Made by a program: the position numbers and the translations under genes. Under the pieces are notes generated by a model. It was not told the DNA's origin and searched no databases. It was given only the letters and a program-made list of their open reading frames with translations. Below, in pieces: positions 15,880-24,359 of a stretch of 24,360 nucleotides of DNA (positions within the stretch are counted from its first letter, which is position 1; the number at the start of each line of letters is the position of its first letter). Origin of the DNA: Candidatus Hermodarchaeum yapensis (GTDB lineage: Archaea; Asgardarchaeota; Hermodarchaeia; Hermodarchaeales; Hermodarchaeaceae); assembly GCA_016840405.1 (NCBI GenBank), contig JAEOSK010000040.1, positions 1 through 24,360 on the forward strand. The letters run 5' to 3'.

Positions 15880-17226
15880 ATGGCATTCGAATACATTCCT
15901 GGTGAAGATTTCTTCCACCGTCGTGATCCCCGTGCGAAAATTTTCATGGCGGTCTGTATAGTCATAATGTCAGTTTGGTTCAATGATCCAATATGGCTAA
16001 TTTCTTTGTTTTTCTTTGAATTGATTTTGCTTAGACTAGCACGAATTCCACTTTCAAAGATTGCGAATTTCATTCGATCAATATTTCCCGTTGCAGTAAT
16101 GTATTTCATCTTTAACCTCATTCTTCCACCGGTACGAGTTCCTGATCCGCTCGTTATGTTCTATTTGGTATTTTGGACAGTTCCCCCAATTCTACCGATT
16201 ACCGTTGAATCAGTAGTTTGGGGCATTGGTGCACTATTCCGGTTCCTCATTATTCTAGTCATGATTCGGACTGTCTTAATGTTGACACCAATTCGCGATC
16301 TCATTTTAGCGCTTGTCAAATTACGCGTGCCACCTGAATTTGCTCTTGCCGTAAGTATTGGCCTTGGCTATCTCCCAGTGTTAATCGATGAGAATCGTAG
16401 AATTAAGGAAGCTCAGGAAGCACGAGGATGGGAATATGAATACAGAAATCCATTTCGACGACTTTCCGCGCTACTCACGAAGATGCTAATTCCTTCAATC
16501 GCCAACTCGATGCGCCGTACCCGTGATATTGCCACAGCAATAGAATCACGAGGCTTTGGTTATAATCTTCGTGGCCGTACTTTCATGCATGAAATTAAGA
16601 TGAAAAAAGGCGATTACACTGTAATATTTGTGTTTCTGGGCTTACTATTGGGTGCTGCTTACATTCGTGGAATAGCAATTGGAGGTCAGCTTATCTTCGG
16701 GCTAGGGCTAGCTGATTTTCAAGCCACTGCTATCTTCGTCCGGGCGTGGGTGACAACATCCGCGTATACCTTGTTTGTGGGCTGGATGAGCCTTATCCCC
16801 TGGAATACAATTCCCTTTCTAGGTCTTATTCCCACTAGTTACATGCACGTTGAATATGGACAGTATCTCTTTCTTCTACTAATTGGATTCATTGTGGGCC
16901 TCATCGCTGGTATCGTCAGTCGCGGTCGTGCGAAGAAGGTCGCATTTGCACTCAATCTTGTCATTGCTATACCACTGATGTTCATCAGTTTCTATTTCAT
17001 CTGGCCAATACTACCCAACGCTCTGCCGGTCTTCTTGTCGTTAGGTTGGTGGGATGCACTTCTCGTACTAAATATCAATTTGCTAATAGCGTACTTCTTG
17101 CTCTTCTTCATCACCATGCTATGGCCCTACATAGGCTCCGTTCTCGGAACCATAACAGGACGTTTCCGTGGTGGTAAGAAAGAATTCTTCGTTCCACCCG
17201 AGATAACTAATGATCTTGAAGACTGA
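15880..17226 (+). CDS. ecfT: ECF transporter T component (EcfT/CbiQ) with long C-terminal multi-TM extension
   Basis: 'HRRDPRAK' N-terminus; conserved Arg motifs 'AQEARG' and 'AIESRGF'; ~180-200 extra hydrophobic residues after the normal T domain. Confidence 0.9.
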   Translation: MAFEYIPGEDFFHRRDPRAKIFMAVCIVIMSVWFNDPIWLISLFFFELILLRLARIPLSKIANFIRSIFPVAVMYFIFNLILPPVRVPDPLVMFYLVFWTVPPILPITVESVVWGIGALFRFLIILVMIRTVLMLTPIRDLILALVKLRVPPEFALAVSIGLGYLPVLIDENRRIKEAQEARGWEYEYRNPFRRLSALLTKMLIPSIANSMRRTRDIATAIESRGFGYNLRGRTFMHEIKMKKGDYTVIFVFLGLLLGAAYIRGIAIGGQLIFGLGLADFQATAIFVRAWVTTSAYTLFVGWMSLIPWNTIPFLGLIPTSYMHVEYGQYLFLLLIGFIVGLIAGIVSRGRAKKVAFALNLVIAIPLMFISFYFIWPILPNALPVFLSLGWWDALLVLNINLLIAYFLLFFITMLWPYIGSVLGTITGRFRGGKKEFFVPPEITNDLED

Positions 17227-17355
17227 CAACGCGACAATTACCAGGGTAGAATACCGATAAGGTGGGTTTACCAAGCTACCATGCTTCCTATCCTACTAAA
17301 TATCTAGTTTGACCTAAATCGTTAAGGGGAAGCAGAGACGTGAACTAAACAACGG

Positions 17356-18132
17356 GTGATTCATTTGAAACCGCATTATATGCTTGCAAAAATGACATGG
17401 CCAGAAGTTGAGGAACGCTTGAAGGAATCTGATATCGCAATTGTACCTGTGGGTTCAACAGAGCAACATGGTCCGGCACTACCACTCGATAATGATCACT
17501 TTGCTGCAACACAATTTGCTAAGATGGTCGCAGAAAAATTATGGGATAACGTGAAGGTAGTTGTGACACCCCCAATTGCCTTTGGTTACTCGCCACACCA
17601 TATGGGTTTCAAAGGGACTATTACGCTGAGAGAATCCACTTTAGCAGACGTAATCGTTGACATCTGTACTTCATTGGCTATACACGGCTTCAAGAAGATT
17701 GTACTAATCAATGGTCATGGTGGAAATGCCACAGCCATTGGAAATGCCCTTCATCTGTTACACGAAAAAATCGATGCCCAAGTATTCAATATTGATTGGT
17801 GGGTTGTTGCTTCTGATAAGATTCTTGAAGTCGCAACCAGACCAGTATACCATGCTTGTGACATGGAGACATCAGTATCCATGTACCTTGGACAACGTGT
17901 ACAGGAAGACAAGCTAGTTGATGAGCCAGGGAAGAGCCCCGTTCCAGGATTTGTGGAGCCTGACTTATTTGCCCCACCACCCAAAGTTTCTATGATGTAT
18001 ACAATGAAAGACATCACAGACTCAGGGGTAGTTGGATATGCCACAAAGGCGACAAAAGAGAAAGGCAAGCAAATTGCAGAAGTGGCTCTCAATAGAACCG
18101 TTAAATTCATTATGGAACTTGCCAAATCTTAA
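17356..18132 (+). CDS. Creatininase family amidohydrolase (creatininase / ArfB deformylase / MftE-like)
   Basis: 'MTWPEV', 'PVGSTEQHG.LP...D', 'GYSPHHMGFKGTI', 'NGHGGN', 'HA...ETS' and 'SGVVG.A..AT.EKG'. Confidence 0.93.
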   Translation: MIHLKPHYMLAKMTWPEVEERLKESDIAIVPVGSTEQHGPALPLDNDHFAATQFAKMVAEKLWDNVKVVVTPPIAFGYSPHHMGFKGTITLRESTLADVIVDICTSLAIHGFKKIVLINGHGGNATAIGNALHLLHEKIDAQVFNIDWWVVASDKILEVATRPVYHACDMETSVSMYLGQRVQEDKLVDEPGKSPVPGFVEPDLFAPPPKVSMMYTMKDITDSGVVGYATKATKEKGKQIAEVALNRTVKFIMELAKS

Positions 18133-18218
18133 TCTCAAGCTTATTTGGCCCAGAAGCAGTCTGCATAATCAACACTAGTGGAATTCATCTCGTTATAGGC
18201 AAATTACTTGCTAGAAAA

Positions 18219-19529
18219 CTACCTGTGTTGGGTATTCACTTCTGAAATCGCCCTAAAAAGCGCCTCTTGAGACATCTGAATATCCTTATCAGTATGAGCA
18301 AAGGAGATTCCCCCAAGTCCGTGATATCCGAAAATCCCTTGCTCGAATAACGCTGCTTGAAGGAGATCTTGTTTAGTAGGATCAAATGCGTTTCCAATCT
18401 TGCTTGGCGTAATTGGTGAGTCCCCTATTGCTTTTTTCAACCAATGAAGGAAGACAATGGAGCCCACGCCAGTTGCCAAGATATGGTGGTTTTTCATTTC
18501 GAATTTTTCATTGAGGTGATCACGGAATCGGTTCCCTCTTTGATTGAGTGTTTTATATTCGCGCTTCAATGAGTGAAGGGTTTCAAGAGTAGCAATTCCT
18601 GACACCATAGACAAAGGGTGACTCGAAAACGTTCCACCGCCAACCCAAACACCGCCTGTTTTACCCGGTTCTGCGAGGGTCATTATATCCTCGCGTCCGC
18701 CATACGCTCCTAATGGCATTCCGCCTGCAACAATTTTACCCAAAGTGATAAGATCGGGTTCTACACCGAAGACTTCTTTTCCTGCTGAGCCAAAGCAAAG
18801 GCGAAAGCCAGTAATGATTTCATCGAAAATGAGAATAATCCCTCGTGCTTCAGTTTCTTCCCTTAGGTAGGGGAGAAACTCGGGTTCAGGAGGCAAGCCT
18901 CCACCGGCGCCAAGCATTGGCTCAATAACAATTGCAGCAAGATCTTTAGCATTCCTTTTTAGTAAGGAATCCAGACTCTGTTGATCGTTGAACTCGAATG
19001 ATACACCATTTCGAATTGGCTCATCAGAAAAAGGGTATTTTATGTGGTATAGAAGAGCATCATTTCCACCATGCCAGCCACCGCGCGCTTTGGCAACCAA
19101 ACGCTTCTTAGTAAACGCGCGGGCTAATCGCACAGCATACATTAATGCTCCGCTACCAGTAACAGAAAATCGAACTTTCTTAAGGTAAGGGATAGCATCT
19201 TGGAGCTTTTCAGCAAATTCTACCTGTGCACGGTTTAATGCCCCCAAGTGAAGCCCATCGCTGATCCTTGCTTGAATAGCATTCCGTACGTTTTGATGAT
19301 TATGACCCAAGATGAGTGAGAAATGCGTCATCCACCAGTCAATATATTCGTTATCATCAACATCCCAGATGTGAGAACCTTCACCTCTCTCCATGAAAGG
19401 CGGATACAAGCCAATTCGATGGAGTCCGAATGTCCGAAGGTTATGATTAACACCGCCTGGATATACCTGAAGAGCACGCTTCCAGAGTTTGTAGCTTTCC
19501 GAGGTTGCACGCCGATATTTTTCTAGCAT
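18219..19529 (-). CDS. PLP-dependent class III aminotransferase, glutamate-1-semialdehyde aminomutase-like
   Basis: 'PGGVN', 'GSHIWDVDDNEYID', 'LILGH', 'GGWHG', 'IIFDEIITGFR', PLP lysine in 'TLGKIVAGGMP' and 'GGTFS'. Confidence 0.88.
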   Translation of the reverse strand: MLEKYRRATSESYKLWKRALQVYPGGVNHNLRTFGLHRIGLYPPFMERGEGSHIWDVDDNEYIDWWMTHFSLILGHNHQNVRNAIQARISDGLHLGALNRAQVEFAEKLQDAIPYLKKVRFSVTGSGALMYAVRLARAFTKKRLVAKARGGWHGGNDALLYHIKYPFSDEPIRNGVSFEFNDQQSLDSLLKRNAKDLAAIVIEPMLGAGGGLPPEPEFLPYLREETEARGIILIFDEIITGFRLCFGSAGKEVFGVEPDLITLGKIVAGGMPLGAYGGREDIMTLAEPGKTGGVWVGGGTFSSHPLSMVSGIATLETLHSLKREYKTLNQRGNRFRDHLNEKFEMKNHHILATGVGSIVFLHWLKKAIGDSPITPSKIGNAFDPTKQDLLQAALFEQGIFGYHGLGGISFAHTDKDIQMSQEALFRAISEVNTQHR

Positions 19530-19697
19530 TCAGTACATCTCACTGTAATTGAACACTGTAATAGTAATCTAAATAGAATGTTTCCCTCACTCCAAATACT
19601 ACGTCAACAAGGAAAGTCTTACGATATATCCAGACCAGTTCTTGGTCATAACACATGAGGTCTCATATTCTATAAAATTGAGAAAATCAAGTTATTA

Positions 19698-20705
19698 TCA
19701 AAATTGAAATCCATGCTTTATGGGATCCTCTGAATTCACTATAAACTGGTTAAACCCTGTCACATACGCTGATCCTGTGATCTCAGGGATAATAGCCTCA
19801 AATTTTCCCACCTTTGTCAACCCGACGATTTTCCCTTCAAACAAGGTTTCGATTATGCTTTCGTAAATAAATGGTTCATTTAGGCCAATTTGTCCCTTTG
19901 CATAAAGCGTAGCGAGTTTGGCACTAGTACCCGTTCCACATGGTGATCGGTCAAACTGCCCATTGCCAAAGACTACAACGTTTCGAGCCATTGCCTGCTG
20001 ATTCTTGGTATTTCCGAATATCTCAGTCAATCCCACGCTGTTGATCTGCCTAGCAATAGGATGTTGTACTTTGATTTTCTTATTAACTGCTTCCCGGATT
20101 TTGAGCCCGACTGTAATTAATCTATTAATATTCCTCTTCTCTAAAGTGAGATCAAAATCAGCAGCATCTACAAGAGCAAAGAAATTCCCACCAAAAGCGA
20201 TATCCACTTTAACTTCCCCGATTCCCGTTATTTCAAGCTCAATGTCTTTAGCAAAGAGAAAAGAGGCGACATTACGTATCGTGACACCTCGAACTTGGCC
20301 GTCTTCAACGTGAACTTCAGCCTTAACAAGACCAGCGGGAGTATCAATGGATAAGAGGGTTACTGGCTCCTTCTTCTCAAACATTCCTAGTTCAATCACA
20401 GCGGTAGCTACCCCCATTGTGCTATGCCCACACATATCCAGATATCCTCCACCGTCAAAGAAAATCAGACCGAAATTTGCGTCCGGACTCAAAGGTGGTA
20501 TCATCACAGCACCGCACATGTCCTTATGACCACGCGGTTCGTACATTAACATGGTTCTGACAAAATCCATTTCATGTGAAAAGAAAGTCTGTTTTTCTTC
20601 CACCGTTTTCCCAGGAAGAGGTCGAATTCCTCCCAGCACAGCTCGAACCGGTTCACCAGCAGTATGCAAATCCACTGTGGAAATGGTTTTTTCAATTCTC
20701 ATCAC
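19698..20705 (-). CDS. Proline racemase / hydroxyproline 2-epimerase family protein (Cys/Cys catalytic pair)
   Basis: 'DLHTAGEP', 'EPRGH', 'MCGH', 'DIAFGGNF' and 'DRSPCGTGTSA'. Confidence 0.95.
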   Translation of the reverse strand: MMRIEKTISTVDLHTAGEPVRAVLGGIRPLPGKTVEEKQTFFSHEMDFVRTMLMYEPRGHKDMCGAVMIPPLSPDANFGLIFFDGGGYLDMCGHSTMGVATAVIELGMFEKKEPVTLLSIDTPAGLVKAEVHVEDGQVRGVTIRNVASFLFAKDIELEITGIGEVKVDIAFGGNFFALVDAADFDLTLEKRNINRLITVGLKIREAVNKKIKVQHPIARQINSVGLTEIFGNTKNQQAMARNVVVFGNGQFDRSPCGTGTSAKLATLYAKGQIGLNEPFIYESIIETLFEGKIVGLTKVGKFEAIIPEITGSAYVTGFNQFIVNSEDPIKHGFQF

Positions 20706-20797
20706 AATCCCTCAAAGGAATTATTAAGTCGTCCCTTTTAAAGAGGTGCCCATAATGAGAAAAAACCCATTAATTATTACAAACAGCTATTTGAATT

Positions 20798-21457
20798 CTA
20801 AGGGAGATGAATTGCGAACCGGCAATGGTCTGCACCACGAGCCACAGTATCTAACACTTCAACGTGCACCGGTTTATTTAACAGCCCTTCCCAAAGCGTT
20901 TTGTACCATCCCGAGCCACACAAGCAATATGTAGCAGAAATCGGCTTTTGGCCTCGAACAGCAGGACGAATATGCGGACAGTGACAGTAGCTTGCTCGTT
21001 TTTCTGCAAGATCTGTAGTAGATTCGAAACTCTTAGGATCGAATGGAATCTTGGTCACATAGATAACATTTCCATTACGTTCTGGATATTCATAATAGGA
21101 GAGACCATGCCAGGAATTGTCCTTATGCATAAACTCAAGGAGCTTATCCAGGTCGCCAGTCCGGTCATATTCTTCCCGTAATAGCTTAATGCGATCAACT
21201 GGGAACCGGTTGGAACAACAAAGCATGACACACCGACGGGTTTCCTTATCCTCAACTAGAGCGTCAAGTCGATCCATAGCTCCACGTATCCATTCTGAAA
21301 CTTCGTCGGATGTAGACTTGACTGAGAGTTGGTCTTGACCATTGAGAACTTCGGCTTTAGTGGTTTCTCCGGTGTACTTGCCGAGACCTTCGGCGAAGAG
21401 CTGCATCCACATTTCGCGGTGACGGATTTCCCAATCTTGCTTGGTCTTTTTACCCAT
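20798..21457 (-). CDS. Cys-rich DUF6144-like protein with V4R-like C-terminal motif
   Basis: 'W...MDRLD', 'CVMLCC', 'YCHCP' and 'YCLCGSGW....W...L.KPV.VEVL.TV.RG...CRF.I'. Family recalled from memory, not searched. Confidence 0.65.
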   Translation of the reverse strand: MGKKTKQDWEIRHREMWMQLFAEGLGKYTGETTKAEVLNGQDQLSVKSTSDEVSEWIRGAMDRLDALVEDKETRRCVMLCCSNRFPVDRIKLLREEYDRTGDLDKLLEFMHKDNSWHGLSYYEYPERNGNVIYVTKIPFDPKSFESTTDLAEKRASYCHCPHIRPAVRGQKPISATYCLCGSGWYKTLWEGLLNKPVHVEVLDTVARGADHCRFAIHLP

Positions 21458-21589
21458 AACACAACCTCAATTTTCTCAAAAGACGAGAATATTCTCTTGT
21501 ACTATGATATAAATACCTTTCTATTTGCGAATCTTCGTTCCTTTGTGTTAAGGACTATGTTGAAGGAAACCGGTTGAAAGGGATTGTTG

Positions 21590-21943
21590 TTACTTCGTTG
21601 GATAGAGTGCTGCACTCAATAAGACAAGTAAGCCTGGAACGGTTCCTGTGAAAATCATCCCAACAATTCCTGTCGTAATAAGTCCTTTCTTATGACCAGG
21701 AATGTCTTTTCGCCAACGGAACCAGAAAATTGCGAATATGAAGCCAAGAAATCCAATCACTACAATGAAACCAAGTAGTATCATGGTGTACCAGCCGAAT
21801 ACCATCCAAAATACGGGGTCGACGATTACAGGGTACAGAAACCATAATAGCCAGCCTCCAATGCCAACAATGAAGATCGAGAAGGGAATCTGTAACCAGG
21901 TTCCATATTTCATCAGGGTTTGAGAAGTACTATCATCTGTCAT
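21590..21943 (-). CDS. Hypothetical membrane protein (3-4 TM)
   Basis: 117 aa, ATG start, hydrophobic helices, C-terminal 'GTVPGLLVLLSAAL'. Confidence 0.75.
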   Translation of the reverse strand: MTDDSTSQTLMKYGTWLQIPFSIFIVGIGGWLLWFLYPVIVDPVFWMVFGWYTMILLGFIVVIGFLGFIFAIFWFRWRKDIPGHKKGLITTGIVGMIFTGTVPGLLVLLSAALYPTK

Positions 21944-22077
21944 TCCATATCACAGCTCTTATAATTACTTTGAAATAATATTGACTGGACTTCAGAGAAG
22001 GCACTTTAAGACTCTTCCGCCTTGTTGAAAACGAAATTGCAAATGCTTTTACAGAACCTTCAGACATATGGAAATCT

Positions 22078-23472
22078 ATGACACCTGAAAGTCATGTACA
22101 AACAAGTGGTGGACGTGGACCCATTGTCGGGCTAGCGATTGGAATTATTTTACTGTATGGCTTCGGTTTCTATAATCTCATCTTTCTTGCTTCTCCCTTC
22201 TTTCCAATGATAATCAGTATCATCACTGTTGCATTTCCTTGGCTCGCTGGCTATTGGTGGGCTATATTTGCTTTTGTCATCGTATTAATCGCTCTTGGAC
22301 TCGGGCTGGCCTATCTTGTACTCCAATTGATGAAACGCGCTGCTGCAGGAACGCTCAAGGTTCTCTGGCTGCTTCAAGCTGTATTCATGATTGCCCTTGG
22401 AGTTTTCATGTTCCTGTTCCTTGGCACCTTTGGCATCTTCGGTCTTTTTTTTCCCTTCTTTGGCCTCCTGCAATTTTGGGTGTGGTTCCGCCGTCGACAA
22501 AAAATCGAACGAGCAGGCAAACTCGTCGAATTTACCGCTCAACTGCTCCTTGAAGAAAAGCAGATGTTTATTATTCCACTCGTAACAGCAGTGTTCAGTC
22601 TACTCACAGGCATTCTCATGCTGTCAACTTACGGAGCTATGTATGTTTGGCTCCCCATGATCGGCATTGCCACAGATTCGTGGATATTCTTTGCGTTAAC
22701 TATCTTGGTTGAGATTCCCTATTTCTTTGTGTATTTTTCCATATTCTACATCTTCGACGGGATTAACGTCTCGATTGCCCATACCTGGTATCGCAATCAG
22801 GATCCAGCGCTTGGTGGAGCAACACGTGAGGTGCGCGGAGTCATGGGAACCATTGTTCGATTTGCTGCAGTTAGAACTGCCGTCGCTGTGGCTCAAAGCA
22901 CCGCGCAACGGGGTGGACAACGCCAAGGTGGCATATGGGGGCTTGTCGGCTCCATTGCTAGCCGAATCATTGGGACCGTGTTTTACTTCCTAACATACTT
23001 TACACTCCCCTCAATTATTATTGAGAAACGGGGTCTAGTTGACTCGGTTAAACGATCGGCTCGGGTAACCTGGAAATATTTGGTTGATGTGTACATTTCC
23101 GAAACTGGTGTGTCAACGGTATACAGTTTCTTCGGAGCACTGTTGAGCTTAGGCTTTATCATTGTGGGATTCCTCTTCGGCTATCTCATGGGGATATTTC
23201 TTGTGGCCGATCTCATCTTTGCATTGATCATTGGAATCGTATTTGCCATAGTCTTCGTAATCTTTGCGGCGATTCCCAGTTACTTCATCTTCCGACCCTT
23301 GAACACAGCGTATAAGACGTTCATGTTCTCTTATGCCCTTGATGAAGAAAGCGGGTTCTCTCTTCCCAGCCGATTACCTAAAGCCTACCGTGATACAATT
23401 GAAGAAGCCCAAAGTGAGTGGGAAGCATTAGGTAAGGAACGCAAAATAGTACAACCACCCAGTGAATGGTAG
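22078..23472 (+). CDS. Multi-pass membrane protein resembling the choline-transporter-like (CTL/SLC44/Pns1) family
   Basis: About 10 TM; ordered motifs 'RQKIERAGKLVEFTAQLL..EKQMFIIPL', 'AHTWY', 'MGTI', 'FLTYFTLPSIIIEKRGLVDSVKRS' and 'TAYKTFMFSYALDEE'. Confidence 0.6.
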   Translation: MTPESHVQTSGGRGPIVGLAIGIILLYGFGFYNLIFLASPFFPMIISIITVAFPWLAGYWWAIFAFVIVLIALGLGLAYLVLQLMKRAAAGTLKVLWLLQAVFMIALGVFMFLFLGTFGIFGLFFPFFGLLQFWVWFRRRQKIERAGKLVEFTAQLLLEEKQMFIIPLVTAVFSLLTGILMLSTYGAMYVWLPMIGIATDSWIFFALTILVEIPYFFVYFSIFYIFDGINVSIAHTWYRNQDPALGGATREVRGVMGTIVRFAAVRTAVAVAQSTAQRGGQRQGGIWGLVGSIASRIIGTVFYFLTYFTLPSIIIEKRGLVDSVKRSARVTWKYLVDVYISETGVSTVYSFFGALLSLGFIIVGFLFGYLMGIFLVADLIFALIIGIVFAIVFVIFAAIPSYFIFRPLNTAYKTFMFSYALDEESGFSLPSRLPKAYRDTIEEAQSEWEALGKERKIVQPPSEW

Positions 23473-23798
23473 ACTTCATCCTCAACCATCATTCGAACCC
23501 CCGCTTCACCTTACTAGCCTTAGCTACTTTTGAACCCTCGAAAAAAAGCGTGTTTCGCTTAAATTCTTCTTGATTTTTTGACATTGACAACCCACATATA
23601 GGTATTCAACGAAAGGGTTGGATACGTTGGAGTGACATTCAATGTCTGAAGTAAAATAACTGCCAACCTTCTTATGTTATCAGCAGTTTCTTGAGATATT
23701 TTGGGACGCAAGGACTGACCCGCTAACTTATGATAACGGTCTTTGAATTGAGTTGATAGAAAAGTCCTGAAACCATCCGATGCAGAACCGCAGGAAAA

Positions 23799-24359
23799 TT
23801 AATCTCGTTTTATTTTAGTATGCATTTCCAATATTCGTCTTGCTTCAGTTCGCGTATCTTCCATTTCTTTATTCCAACATTCTTCATGAAAAACGGAGTT
23901 AGAGATTTTAAAAAATGGAATTTCACACAACACCTTTTTTCCACAAAATTCTTTAGGAATCGGTTTACCACAAATTAGACAAACACACCTTGGTATTTCG
24001 AAATCAGGATTTTCACCAAATTCAGAAATGATTTCACCACGTTTTTCCGCCAGACTGAGTAGCTCGTCGAACCCACTCTGTATTAAACCATCAATGTTCC
24101 ATTTCGAAAACACAGCATGAAACGTCTCATGAATCAAGATTCTCGAAATGATTTCCTCAATTTGATTGAAATGGGTTAATTTTCCAATGAAGCAGATTTT
24201 AATAGTATCAGTTTCAGGAACGTGTGAAGTTCGATATATAACGCGACCACCAAAGAGTCCATAGAATATGCAAATATCCTCGGCAATAAATTCATCAGAA
24301 TTAATGCGCACTCGAAGTTGTTTTTCCCGTGTTTTACAATTCCTACAATAATTATGAAT
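23799..24359 (-). CDS. 5'-partial protein with HExxH metallopeptidase-like motif flanked by Cys/His zinc-finger motifs
   Basis: The frame is open to the window edge (IHNYCRNCKTREKQLR precedes the track's GTG); contains 'ILIHETFHAVF' and 'CLICGKPI...VFHEECW'. Confidence 0.65.
   Translation of the reverse strand: MHNYCRNCKTREKQLRVRINSDEFIAEDICIFYGLFGGRVIYRTSHVPETDTIKICFIGKLTHFNQIEEIISRILIHETFHAVFSKWNIDGLIQSGFDELLSLAEKRGEIISEFGENPDFEIPRCVCLICGKPIPKEFCGKKVLCEIPFFKISNSVFHEECWNKEMEDTRTEARRILEMHTKIKRD

Noticed and set aside
17282-17334. TGCTTCC...GGAAGCA inverted repeat upstream of the creatininase gene as a riboswitch
   Set aside because: Only a 7-bp stem with a 39-nt spacer and no recognisable riboswitch consensus.
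18219-19529. Assigning the symbol hemL
   Set aside because: Key HemL motifs are diverged and there is no tetrapyrrole context.
23485-23510. GGGGGTTCGAAT on the minus strand resembling a tRNA T-loop or att site
   Set aside because: The 3' side cannot form the T-stem and no cloverleaf is present.
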